A stretch of 64,000 nucleotides of DNA from an uncultured Candidatus Saccharibacteria bacterium (lineage in GTDB: Bacteria > Patescibacteriota > Saccharimonadia > CAILAD01 > GCA-016700035): positions 263-64,262 of the forward strand of contig CAZHSY010000005.1 of assembly GCA_964535385.1 (NCBI GenBank), given 5' to 3'. How positions within the stretch are numbered: the first letter of the stretch is position 1; each line of letters begins with the position of its first letter. This document shows, one piece after another, positions 39,189 through 48,694 of the stretch. The notes under the pieces are model-generated. The model searched no databases. It worked only from the letters and a program-made list of their open reading frames with translations, and was not told the DNA's origin. A program made the position numbers and the translations under genes.

Positions 39189-39361
39189 TCGATGACGTGT
39201 TACTCAGAGTAAGCTTATTCGTCAATCCTAATCCGAACCTCCGCCCGTTCCCGGACGATAAGCTTACAAAGCACGTTTAGGATGTGATCGAAATACTTCA
39301 CGTTCATCAGCTTACGCTTATAGTCAGGAAAATGCAAGCTACTAAAATTAACATCTAACCC

Positions 39362-39450
39362 TTACTCAGTACCCGGTTATTTTGAGTGAGTTCCAAGTGA
39401 CTTTCTGGCAGGATCTTGAGGCCTTCGGATATGTACCCGATTGTCTTAGA
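39362..39450. repeat. Dispersed repeat, copy F
   Basis: cagtacccggttattttgagtgagttccaagtgactttctggcaggatcttgaggccttcggatatgtacccgattgtcttagag, collinear with copy E. Confidence 0.6.
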
Positions 39451-39636
39451 GCCCGACTGCATACAAAGAAGACCTCGTGGCAATATACCGCGAGGTCTTC
39501 GTAAAATCTTCAAATAAATTAGATGAAGGGAATCAGTTCGGCGTGTGACCGCTTAGAATCTAGTCAAACTTGGAGCTTCCCTAGGCTCACAAGAGGCTGA
39601 CAAAGCCTGTTCACACGCTTTGGCCTTTAGAACGCT

Positions 39637-39792
39637 ACTAGATAGCGTTTCTCGTTTTGAGTCTGAGACTATTAAGTCTCTCGGCCTTGAGCGCCCATTT
39701 TGTCGCCATCTCATCCATGAGCTCATCGACGGTACGCATGTCATGGATTAGATTTTTTGGTGCTCTCCGGTGTCTACGAATTGGTTTTCTCA
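39637..39792 (-). CDS. Candidate small ORF, 52 aa (MRKPIRRHRRAPKNLIHDMRTVDELMDEMATKWALKAERLNSLRLKTRNAI), with a perfect AGGAGG RBS
   Basis: My own translation. AGGAGG 6 nt upstream of the ATG. It overlaps the track ORF 39553..39744 in another frame. No recognisable domain. Confidence 0.3.
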
Positions 39793-39865
39793 TTTGAGTC
39801 CTCCTGTCGTTTTAATACCGTGATTACACTATATATCCAGTCAACTGAGAAAACGGTGAAAAATC

Positions 39866-41053
39866 TTACATGTGTGCGTGACGCTTCTGCGGACCCCAGG
39901 CCAAGAGTCGTGGCAATAGGAAGAGATAGCAGAACGTAGCGATAAAACCGAAGAGAAAAACAGTATTAAGCTGGCCAGTAATCAATACCACCAAACAAGC
40001 CAACAGCCGGCCCATCCCGATCCAAAGCTGCCGAAAGAAGAAATAATTAGCCCGATCAGTGCTCTCCTCGGCCTCTGTATAAACTACCTTCTCATAGGCC
40101 GTATCTAGCAGATGATAGCTCAGCTGGCCATACAGATTTGATATGAAGAAACCAAAGGGCGAGACCAGGAGTAAGCGGATAATCCAACTCGGTGCGTGTA
40201 GGAGTACTCCCCCAACCAGGCTCTCGATTGGTTTACGATCAACTCGCCGACCGTACCAGAGAATGAATATCACCATAATAATGGTCGTAAGCGTGAAGAC
40301 CGTGCCGACATCCAGAACACTCTGTAACAAAATATACATATAGAGTGGCCAGAACGTTTCCGTAGCTAGCTGGAGTGAACCGTAACCAACATAGCTTATA
40401 GCCTTATCAGGCTTGTCGGCACGACGTAACCGTTTCCATGAAAAAATTGGTTTCTTTTCTTTAAAATCTGGCGAAAAAAAGAGTGGTGCACATGAAAGCA
40501 AACTCAACACAGCCGCCACAATAAATGACGTGATAAATGAGCTGTTTACGATCAAGACCGATCCAATAAATGGACCAAGCGCGCTAGCTATGAGGATGAT
40601 TGATTTAACCACCGATAGATCTTGGCCTTCAGCTCGGCGGTCGGCACTACGAGTAAAGTCAACCTGATAAGCCGCCCAGAAGAGGCCTCCCGAGAAAGCG
40701 AAGAGCAGAATCGGCAGTAGAGCTGCTACCCCAAATGCCTTCAAGGTAGTCAGTGAGAAGAGATAGCCTATAAAAAGAAGGTCACCAAGCAGCATCGTCT
40801 TCTTCACTCCAATTTTGTAATTTAGCCATAGGCCAAGCGGAGTGGCTAAAACTACACCGAGAAATTCAAAGACATAGAAGCAGGCGATCGAACGGATCGA
40901 AAAATTAAGGCTGTAGAGAAAGATCGGAACAAATAGCAGGACCAAACTATGGGCGACATTCTTAATAAAAACCGCTAGGTAGAGCTCAGTCATTTCCCGA
41001 TTGCGGAAGTAGCGGATGATATTGAAACCCGGGAAGGCCAGCTGATAACTCAT
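39866..41053 (-). CDS. Polytopic membrane transporter (MFS-like, about 12 TM)
   Basis: 395 aa. Alternating hydrophobic helices with short basic loops (GRRVDRK), organised as 6+6. Confidence 0.55.
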   Translation of the reverse strand: MSYQLAFPGFNIIRYFRNREMTELYLAVFIKNVAHSLVLLFVPIFLYSLNFSIRSIACFYVFEFLGVVLATPLGLWLNYKIGVKKTMLLGDLLFIGYLFSLTTLKAFGVAALLPILLFAFSGGLFWAAYQVDFTRSADRRAEGQDLSVVKSIILIASALGPFIGSVLIVNSSFITSFIVAAVLSLLSCAPLFFSPDFKEKKPIFSWKRLRRADKPDKAISYVGYGSLQLATETFWPLYMYILLQSVLDVGTVFTLTTIIMVIFILWYGRRVDRKPIESLVGGVLLHAPSWIIRLLLVSPFGFFISNLYGQLSYHLLDTAYEKVVYTEAEESTDRANYFFFRQLWIGMGRLLACLVVLITGQLNTVFLFGFIATFCYLFLLPRLLAWGPQKRHAHM

Positions 41054-41172
41054 ACGGTTATTGTACCATTCCCGGTACGACTTACCTCCGATGTCCTGGT
41101 CACTACTAAGGAGGTAACCAGAGCACTAGAAAGTAACCCTTCACTAGATGGGGTAGTCGATTTCTATTGAAT

Positions 41173-41583
41173 CTAGTTTGGCAGAATAACGAGAATTATG
41201 CCCATACCGATCAAGGCAACTAGGGTATAACCGAGATTAATTGCCAGGACACGTTTGGAGCCACCAGAGAACAAGGTGTGAATGGCGTTGGTCGTGAAGG
41301 CAAAGCCAGCCCAAGCCCAGAAACCAGTCACGGCACCCTCGATCCAGGTGTCGGCAGCGATATATTGGACAGCATGAGCCATGACATAGGCTACGAGGAG
41401 CCAAAGTAGCGCGGTCAGGAGATAGACCTGGCCGGCATCTTTTTGTAGATCTTCAGGCTTCTTGCCAACGAGCTGCATCCATCGTTTTCCAAAAACTGGT
41501 ATTGAGTACCAAAGTACCCCGAGCACCATAGCGAAGGCCGTAGCCGCAGCAACACCCCAGAGATTAATTTGTACAGGTGGCAT
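41173..41583 (-). CDS. DUF1761-like small membrane protein
   Basis: 136 aa, 4 TM helices. N-terminal VFGKRWMQL pattern. Confidence 0.55.
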   Translation of the reverse strand: MPPVQINLWGVAAATAFAMVLGVLWYSIPVFGKRWMQLVGKKPEDLQKDAGQVYLLTALLWLLVAYVMAHAVQYIAADTWIEGAVTGFWAWAGFAFTTNAIHTLFSGGSKRVLAINLGYTLVALIGMGIILVILPN

Positions 41584-41670
41584 GGAACAATTCCCTCATT
41601 AATGTATCTGAACTGAAAATATTATGCCCGGTTGAATCTCCCGGTGCAAGCTAGGAACAATGTATGCCGT

Positions 41671-43095
41671 TTAGTAAGACTGGCCGAAAATCCAAGTATG
41701 GTCGGCTGCCTTGCCTGTATAAAAATCAATCCCCGGGGCATCCTCACCGATTAAACGACAGCGACTAGTTGCTGTCGTCTCCTGCTTGATATTAGCCTCA
41801 ATTTCAGGGTTGTCATTCCAGTGCACCTTAATAAAGCCCTTGTGCTCCTGCATTATCCGCTTGAAATCGTCATAATTAGTCGCCACACGAGTATTCTCAC
41901 GCGTATGCTGCTTGGATAGCTCAAGTAGATGGGCTTGGATGCCATCAAGTAGGTTTGTGATATAGATCACGCTTTCTTCAATCGGCAGCTCAGCTTCGCC
42001 ACCAGTATCACGACGCTTGATGAGCGTCACTCCCCGCTCGACTTCTTTAGGCCCGAGCTTCAGGATGATCGGCACACCTTTGACTTCCCACTTATTAAGT
42101 TTGAAACCAAACGTCTCATCATCACGAGTATCAATCAGAGCACGTATTCCAGCCGCCTCGAGAGCTTGCTGTAAACGTTCGGCGTACTGCACAACATCAT
42201 CTTGGATTTTAGCCGGCACAAGTACTACCTGGGTTGGCGCAATCTTTGGCGGCAAGATAAGACCACTATCATCGCCGTGGGCCAAGATGAGACCACCAAT
42301 CGACCGAGTACTGAGGCCCCAACTGGTCTGCCAAGCAAACTCAGTTTCACCGTTACGACCCTGGAAAGAAATATCAAAGGTTTTTGAGAAGTTTTGCCCT
42401 AGATCATGTGAAGTACAGCTCTGCAGAGCCTTCCCACTAGGCATAAGGGCCTCAAATGTCAACGTCGTATTGGCGCCAGCAAAGCGCTCACTAGTCGACT
42501 TGAAACCCACATACCCATCTATGGCGAGGTATTCTCGATAGATCTCTTGATATGTCGCCATCGCCCAGTCCTGCATAGCGACAGCTTCATCATGGGTCTC
42601 ATGCGCCGTGTGGCCTTCTTGCCAGAGAAATTCACTCGTTCTGAGAAACGGCGTGGTTCGCTTCTCCCACCGCACGACGTTATTCCACTGATTCATAGCC
42701 AGCGGCAGGTCACGCCAAGACTGGATCCACTTTGCGTAAGAATTGTACATGATCGTCTCACTAGTCGGACGCACCGCCAGCGACTCCTCGAGCTTCTCAC
42801 CCCCACCATGGGTGACAACGGCTAGTTCGGGAGCAAACCCCTCGACGTGATTTTTTTCTTTCTCCAAGAAAGACATTGGAATAAAAATCGGAAAGTAGGC
42901 ATTACCTACTCCATGAGCTTTGATCTTTGGATCAAGTGCCGCCCGTATGGCTTCCCACAGCGCGTATCCATACGGCTTCATAATCATCGTACCGCGGACT
43001 GGGCCGTAATCGGCCAAATCGGCTAACTGAATAACCGAGGTGTACCATTCAGAAATGTCATCGGTTTTTTTGGGGAGAAGTCGCTTGTCGCTCAT
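41671..43095 (-). CDS. proS: Prolyl-tRNA synthetase, archaeal/eukaryotic type (no INS editing domain)
   Basis: 474 aa. Class II motifs. C-terminal Zn-binding-like domain ending ...WIFGQSY. Anticodon-binding domain present. Confidence 0.93.
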   Translation of the reverse strand: MSDKRLLPKKTDDISEWYTSVIQLADLADYGPVRGTMIMKPYGYALWEAIRAALDPKIKAHGVGNAYFPIFIPMSFLEKEKNHVEGFAPELAVVTHGGGEKLEESLAVRPTSETIMYNSYAKWIQSWRDLPLAMNQWNNVVRWEKRTTPFLRTSEFLWQEGHTAHETHDEAVAMQDWAMATYQEIYREYLAIDGYVGFKSTSERFAGANTTLTFEALMPSGKALQSCTSHDLGQNFSKTFDISFQGRNGETEFAWQTSWGLSTRSIGGLILAHGDDSGLILPPKIAPTQVVLVPAKIQDDVVQYAERLQQALEAAGIRALIDTRDDETFGFKLNKWEVKGVPIILKLGPKEVERGVTLIKRRDTGGEAELPIEESVIYITNLLDGIQAHLLELSKQHTRENTRVATNYDDFKRIMQEHKGFIKVHWNDNPEIEANIKQETTATSRCRLIGEDAPGIDFYTGKAADHTWIFGQSY

Positions 43096-43196
43096 ATTTT
43101 TGTACTCCTAGTATACCTGAAATTACTCTGCTTTGACCAAGGAGACAGTCTCATCCATACTAGGGCTAGTCAATCTCACGCCTTGGAGATGCACCT

Positions 43197-43610
43197 ATGA
43201 TCTGTATCGTGACCGTAAACTGCACTTACTGCTCAATCGCTTCTAGCGTGGCGGCCTCAGTAGTCAGCGTCTTTCGTTTCGATGAGCCATCGATGCCGAT
43301 GTGGGCCAGCTTCCAGTGTCCGGCCTGTCAGCGATGGCAAACACACGGCTTGAATCAACGCACCCTGCGGGGCTTGCGAGAGACATGTGAGGGGCAAGCC
43401 CAGGAGTATATGTTTCGCTTCCATGCATTAAACCGCATCATCAAGGCTGATAAGGTTCGAGTACGACCACTGTCCCAGACGAGCATCGATCGAATGATCT
43501 GGCGGGTCAAGCACGAGGCCGAGTTCGAGGAAGACCTGCGTAATTTCTTCGAGCTCATGACCGAATCCGAGACCTTTGCCCGACTACTCGATCAAGTCCG
43601 CCCTGAATAA
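43197..43610 (+). CDS. Hypothetical protein with N-terminal Cys4 zinc-ribbon-like motif (CTYC...CPAC)
   Basis: 137 aa. RBS GGAGA 8 nt upstream. Confidence 0.4.
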   Translation: MICIVTVNCTYCSIASSVAASVVSVFRFDEPSMPMWASFQCPACQRWQTHGLNQRTLRGLRETCEGQAQEYMFRFHALNRIIKADKVRVRPLSQTSIDRMIWRVKHEAEFEEDLRNFFELMTESETFARLLDQVRPE

Positions 43611-43701
43611 TCTCAGGCTACTACCAGCCCGATCTACTTGTGCAGTGTAGGTCGGGCCTTATTTAATTTCTGCCCAAAGCAAGGATTGAGCTTACTGCGG
43701 G

Positions 43702-44658
43702 CTAAATCAAAACATCGCGGACAGCCGCGAGGTTGCGACACTCCATGAGCCGCGTCCGCAGCTCGGCGGCTCCGTCGAAGCCGGAAATGTAGATTTTGAA
43801 AAAGCGCTTGAGGGGCTCGAAGCGACGCTGCTGATCTTCAAGCGATAGCGTCGTTTCCCAGATCTCCAAATGACGTCGGAGGGCCGCCGTCCGTTCGGCT
43901 AGACTATGCTCGCGGGGCTCGGCCTCGAAAGCCCAAGGGTCATGAAAAATCCCTCGCCCAATCATGACGCCATCACAGCCAGCCTGTTCGATAAGCCGAA
44001 GCGCGTGCGGGCGATTTTCGACATCGCCATTCCCATACAACTTAGTCTGTGGGGCGATTTTGTCACGCAAGCGCACCAGCTCGGGCATGACTTCCCAATG
44101 AGCTGGGACTTTACTGAGCTCTTTGACGGTGCGTAGATGCACACTTAAAGCCGCAATATCTTGACGCAAGAGATGCTCAATCCAGCCCATGTCGATCTGC
44201 GTTTTACCGAGACGAGTCTTGACACTAACCGGAAGCTTCGGCGCGCCAGCCTTAGTAGCGGCGATTATTTCAGCTGCCCGCCCAGGATCGCCGATAAGGC
44301 CCGAACAAGCCCCCTTGCGCACTACATCGCGTACCGGACAGCCCATGTTGAGATCGATCCCGACAAAGCCACGGCCTGAAATATCCCGAGCAAACTGGCG
44401 GAAGTTCTCTGGATGTAGTCCCCAGATCTGCGCGATCACACGCTTCTCTCCCGGGCCCTCCCCAAGAAGTACTCGACGCTCGACAGCATGACGACCTGGC
44501 GAGCACCAGCCATCGGCATTAGCAAATTCGGTCATATAAAAATCAGCCGGTGCCAGCTCCTCGACGAGCTGCCGGAACACTAGGTCGGTTACATCGTCCA
44601 TTGGTGCTAAAATCACACCCGGATTATATGCTTCCCAAATATTTCCCTGAGTAGTCAT
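43702..44658 (-). CDS. tRNA-dihydrouridine synthase (Dus family)
   Basis: 318 aa. ILAPMDDVTDLVFRQL...IDLNMGCP...catalytic Cys in a TIM-barrel flavoenzyme pattern. Confidence 0.85.
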   Translation of the reverse strand: MTTQGNIWEAYNPGVILAPMDDVTDLVFRQLVEELAPADFYMTEFANADGWCSPGRHAVERRVLLGEGPGEKRVIAQIWGLHPENFRQFARDISGRGFVGIDLNMGCPVRDVVRKGACSGLIGDPGRAAEIIAATKAGAPKLPVSVKTRLGKTQIDMGWIEHLLRQDIAALSVHLRTVKELSKVPAHWEVMPELVRLRDKIAPQTKLYGNGDVENRPHALRLIEQAGCDGVMIGRGIFHDPWAFEAEPREHSLAERTAALRRHLEIWETTLSLEDQQRRFEPLKRFFKIYISGFDGAAELRTRLMECRNLAAVRDVLI

Positions 44659-44747
44659 TGCCGCAAGATTTTAGCAGAAAAATCGGCCCATGTCACCAGT
44701 GCAGTAAGGCGGTATGTAGCTACCGTCAAAAATGATACAATCTAGTT

Positions 44748-45995
44748 ATGCTTGCGCAAAATATGCGAGCTCGTCCTCTGACGCCTTACTCTCAATGGAT
44801 TGACACTGCTCTGACTCACCGACTTGAGCACCACGGACGAGCCCTAAATCAACACAAAATTTACGAAATCAACTCTACCGCCATCGGTGGTGGCGTAGTT
44901 GAATTGCTTCGTTCGCAACTCCCCCTTACCCGTGGTCTTGGCATCGACGCCCACTGGCTCGTCATGCCGCCAGACAAGCAATTTTTCACTATTACTAAGC
45001 AAATTCATAACGCTCTGCAGGGCAAAGTCCTTGACAAACCGCTTGATCTTGATTATTACGCCGACTACACCAAATCCGTCGCGCGCGATCTCCCCCTGGA
45101 TGGTAATCTCTATATACTGCATGACCCTCAGACACTTGGTCTCATTCCTGCACTGACTGCGGCCGGCAAGACGGTAATCTGGCGCTGCCACATTGATCTG
45201 ACTAAATCAGACCCCACGATACATAGATGGGTGGCTGACCAACTCGATAATGTCGCAGCCATTATCGTCTCCCTGCATAGCTATGCCCACGGCTTAGATA
45301 GTCACAAGATCCGCGTGGTCACTCCAGCTATCGATCCACTCGCAGCCAAAAACCAACCCCTGTCCACCGCCATGCACCAACGCATTCTGAAAGCTCAAGG
45401 CATTGACCCGACCGCACCGTTCATCGCCCAAGTATCACGCTATGATCGCTTCAAGGATCCGCTGGGGGTAATTAACGTCTACGACCACCTCCAACACTAC
45501 TTCCCAGGCTTACAATGTGTCATGCTCGGGAATGATGCCAGCGATGACCCTGAGGGCCGCGAAGTCTATGGCGAGGTCCGGGCACGGGCGGCCTCGAGCC
45601 ATGGCAAAGTCCATGTGATCTGTAAGAATTCGGAGCTCCTGGCCAACACCATCCAGGCGACTGCCCGTGCTATCATCCAATACTCAAACCGCGAGGGCTT
45701 TGGCTTGACCGTCACCGAAGCCCTCTGGAAGAAGGCCGTCGTCTTGGCTCGGCCAGTTGGCGGCATCCAGCTGCAGATTATAGACAACAAGACCGGTATA
45801 GCCGCTACCGGAAAGCCCCGCTACGACGCCGAGCGCCTAGCTGAAGTACTCCAATCTCCAAAACAGAGCTTGCGCCTACAAACCCTCGGCCACGAGTACG
45901 TGCGTCGTCACTTCATAACCCCGGTCATGCTCGAGAAATATTTAGCCGTTTATCAATCGACTATTGCAATACCGGCTCAGACCGCCATCGCCTAA
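44748..45995 (+). CDS. GT4-family glycosyltransferase (trehalose synthase TreT-like)
   Basis: 415 aa. N-terminal INSTAIGGGVVELLRSQLPL; C-terminal GT-B E..G....EA motif (EGFGLTVTEALWKK). Confidence 0.6.
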   Translation: MLAQNMRARPLTPYSQWIDTALTHRLEHHGRALNQHKIYEINSTAIGGGVVELLRSQLPLTRGLGIDAHWLVMPPDKQFFTITKQIHNALQGKVLDKPLDLDYYADYTKSVARDLPLDGNLYILHDPQTLGLIPALTAAGKTVIWRCHIDLTKSDPTIHRWVADQLDNVAAIIVSLHSYAHGLDSHKIRVVTPAIDPLAAKNQPLSTAMHQRILKAQGIDPTAPFIAQVSRYDRFKDPLGVINVYDHLQHYFPGLQCVMLGNDASDDPEGREVYGEVRARAASSHGKVHVICKNSELLANTIQATARAIIQYSNREGFGLTVTEALWKKAVVLARPVGGIQLQIIDNKTGIAATGKPRYDAERLAEVLQSPKQSLRLQTLGHEYVRRHFITPVMLEKYLAVYQSTIAIPAQTAIA

Positions 45996-46047
45996 AATTT
46001 AGCTAAAGAACGATCGTCACTCAGGCTGGCGTATTATAATAATAGCT

Positions 46048-46842
46048 ATGGCAAATTACGCAATCATTACCAATGACACTCCATTTGCAACCGAGGTCAG
46101 CGAAGAGCTTAGGGCTGCTCTGGAGGCAACCCCCCTGCTCGACCATCCCGAGCCAATTGTATTTGCTGTCGGCGGTGATGGCACCTTCCTAACAGCCATC
46201 CGCCAACACTTGCTTGCCGACGCTCTCTTCGTCGGCATTTCAGCGGGTACACTTGGCTTCCTCCAGTCCATTCAGCGCGAGCAAATCTCTGACATCATTG
46301 CCGCCCTCAATACAAAGAGCTTCTCACTCCTCGAAGCCCCGCTCTTAACCGCTACATACCAGGGATCGACAGATCATCTCGGCTTTGCCTTCAACGACAT
46401 CACCGTTGATCGTGGCAGTGCGCAAGCGATTAAATTTGACCTCGCGATTGATAAATCGACCGGCAGCTTCATCGGTGATGGCGTGATTTTCTCAACTCCG
46501 CTGGGATCGACAGCCTATTCGTTAGCCGCAGGTGGACCAATTATTGACTCAAAAATCCGCGATTGCTTTGTAATTACGCCAAGTAATCCGCATTTCTCAA
46601 CCCTATACTCTAGCTTACAGCGCCCGCACGTGACTCACCGTAGCCGGAGAGTTGACATCATCCTCGATGCGGCCGACAGCCAGAAGCGACCAGCCCGACT
46701 TATGATCGATGGGCATACTATCCTAGAAACAATCACTCAAAACATTACTATCTCTCTATCCAAGAATCACGTGAAGATTGTCCAGCTAAACCCGGATGAT
46801 TTTCATTCTAGGATAGAATCTAAGCGACTCGGCCGAAATTAA
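46048..46842 (+). CDS. nadK: NAD kinase
   Basis: GGDGTFL and NDITVDRG...DGVIFSTPLGSTAYSLAAGGP. Confidence 0.9.
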   Translation: MANYAIITNDTPFATEVSEELRAALEATPLLDHPEPIVFAVGGDGTFLTAIRQHLLADALFVGISAGTLGFLQSIQREQISDIIAALNTKSFSLLEAPLLTATYQGSTDHLGFAFNDITVDRGSAQAIKFDLAIDKSTGSFIGDGVIFSTPLGSTAYSLAAGGPIIDSKIRDCFVITPSNPHFSTLYSSLQRPHVTHRSRRVDIILDAADSQKRPARLMIDGHTILETITQNITISLSKNHVKIVQLNPDDFHSRIESKRLGRN

Positions 46843-46920
46843 GTTGTTTCCCGAGTTCTGAATCCTGCGCTGAACTTGTTTCAGTATTGTTTCAGGATGA
46901 CAGCTTCTTGAAGTACACAA

Positions 46921-47904
46921 CTATCCGACGGGAAGAGTAACTTTAAAGGTCGATCCTTTATGCGGGACTGTACTCACATCGATAACACCACCGTGGGCGT
47001 CAACGATATGCTTGGCTAGCGAAAGGCCTAAGCCATACCCGCTGGCTTGCTGCTTCGAGCGAGAGCTTTCAGCTCTATAAAAACGATCAAAGATATGCGG
47101 CAAATGCTCAGCTGCAATACCATCACCCCTATCACGCACCTCTATTACAGCCTGATGCTTGATTTGATTGACCGCAATTTTCACCTGTGAACCACGTGGA
47201 CTGTACTTAATTGCATTATCTACCAGCACAGCCACCACCTCCACAAGGCTGGCCGCATCCCCCCGGGAAGTAACCGACTTTAACTGAGTCTTGAAGGTAA
47301 CCTTACGCTGTTTGGCAGCCGACTCGTAGCGCTCCATCACCTGTCGTACTACCTCCGACAAGTCAACTGTCTCTGTTGAGACCTGCTGATTCTCTGCTCG
47401 GCTTAGCTGCAGAAGATCCTCGGCTAAGGAGCGCAGTTTGCCAACCTCTTCCAAATTACTATCTAGTAATTCACGGGCCTCGACCAAGGTTAAGCGCTTA
47501 TCGCGCAGAGCTACCTCAATCTCTGTCTGCATAGCTGTAAGAGGCGTGCGAAGCTCATGCGAAGCATCGCTGGCAAATCGACTCTGAGCCTCCATCGAAG
47601 CTTCGATCGGTTTTAAGGTTCGTCGAGCTAACCAATAGCTAGCTCCGCCGCCAAGACCAAGCGTCACGAGATTTAGTAATAGTAGGTTCTGCTTCACATT
47701 ACTCTCGCCAGTCAATAAATCTTGGCGACGCAGTTCACTCATATTCCGTTGGTAGAAATAATATGGAAGTGGTCGATTTGCACTGCGGCTTAACTCAGCC
47801 ACCGAAACGTTATACAGCAAAAAACTGAAGCCGACCGACAACAGCATAATAATAGCCAAATATGAAAGTGTTAGCCGTATAACCGCCGAGCGGATGACTC
47901 TCAC
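46921..47904 (-). CDS. Sensor histidine kinase (2 TM, HisKA + HATPase_c)
   Basis: H-box SHELRTPLTAMQ. N, G1, G2 boxes (DRGDGI, GYGLGLS). Confidence 0.9.
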   Translation of the reverse strand: MRVIRSAVIRLTLSYLAIIMLLSVGFSFLLYNVSVAELSRSANRPLPYYFYQRNMSELRRQDLLTGESNVKQNLLLLNLVTLGLGGGASYWLARRTLKPIEASMEAQSRFASDASHELRTPLTAMQTEIEVALRDKRLTLVEARELLDSNLEEVGKLRSLAEDLLQLSRAENQQVSTETVDLSEVVRQVMERYESAAKQRKVTFKTQLKSVTSRGDAASLVEVVAVLVDNAIKYSPRGSQVKIAVNQIKHQAVIEVRDRGDGIAAEHLPHIFDRFYRAESSRSKQQASGYGLGLSLAKHIVDAHGGVIDVSTVPHKGSTFKVTLPVG

Positions 47905-48581
47905 TGTACAGTCCCAAGCCGATAGCCGAATCCACGCACCGTGTTAAGCAGTGGTTGACCCTTAAATGGGTCGTCGATCTTCTTACGCAGATAGCCCATG
48001 TAGACCTCTACCGTATTCGGCAAAACATCGGCATCATAATCCCAGACATGGGCAATAATGGCGTCCTTTGAGAGTACCCGACGCGAATTACGCAGTAAGT
48101 ATTCGAGCAAGGCATATTCACGACTCGTCAGATCCACAACCTTACCCGCACGACGAACCGTCTTGGTATTCGTATCTAGCTCCAAATCATCCAGCTTGAG
48201 CGTCGTACCAAGGGCTTCGTGCGGGCGGCGCAAGAGTGCCTTGACTCGAGCCAATAATTCTTCAAAGGCAAATGGCTTGATTAAGTAATCATCAGCCCCG
48301 GCATTGAGCCCGGTCACACGATCGCGAATCTGATCCTTAGCAGTCAACATAATAATAGGCGTATGCAATTTAGCTTCACGTACCGCTCGACAAATATCCA
48401 GGCCTTCTTTATCTCCTGGTAAAAGTCGATCAAGAATAATCAGATCATGTTCGCCGGAAGTAGCCTCCATCTCGCCATCTTCAGCGTCATAGACCACATC
48501 AACCGCATAGGACTCCTGCTCAAGACCACGCTTGAGGGCTTGGGCAATCTTATGCTCATCTTCAACAATAAGAATTCTCAT
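47901..48581 (-). CDS. OmpR/PhoB-family response regulator
   Basis: REC domain (ILIVEDE...D51...K) plus winged-helix C-terminus (LTSREYALLEYL...GFGYRL). 4-nt overlap with the kinase gene. Confidence 0.9.
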   Translation of the reverse strand: MRILIVEDEHKIAQALKRGLEQESYAVDVVYDAEDGEMEATSGEHDLIILDRLLPGDKEGLDICRAVREAKLHTPIIMLTAKDQIRDRVTGLNAGADDYLIKPFAFEELLARVKALLRRPHEALGTTLKLDDLELDTNTKTVRRAGKVVDLTSREYALLEYLLRNSRRVLSKDAIIAHVWDYDADVLPNTVEVYMGYLRKKIDDPFKGQPLLNTVRGFGYRLGTVQ

Positions 48582-48694
48582 GCCCCCATTGTAGCCTGAA
48601 AAAGCTGAAAGGAAACTTAGAAAGAGTCCATCTTCTGGGGAATTAGTGCTAACGCGAGCGCAATCGTTATTTATAACGTAACGTATGTGTGTCG

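Noticed and set aside
39200-39270. RNase-P-like GGCUUAUCG segment
   Set aside because: The match is only short. The P4 consensus (GGAAAGUCCGGGCUCC / ACAGAA.CCGGCUUA) is not present.
42017-42825. ORFs antisense to or overlapping proS
   Set aside because: They lie inside a confidently identified proS.
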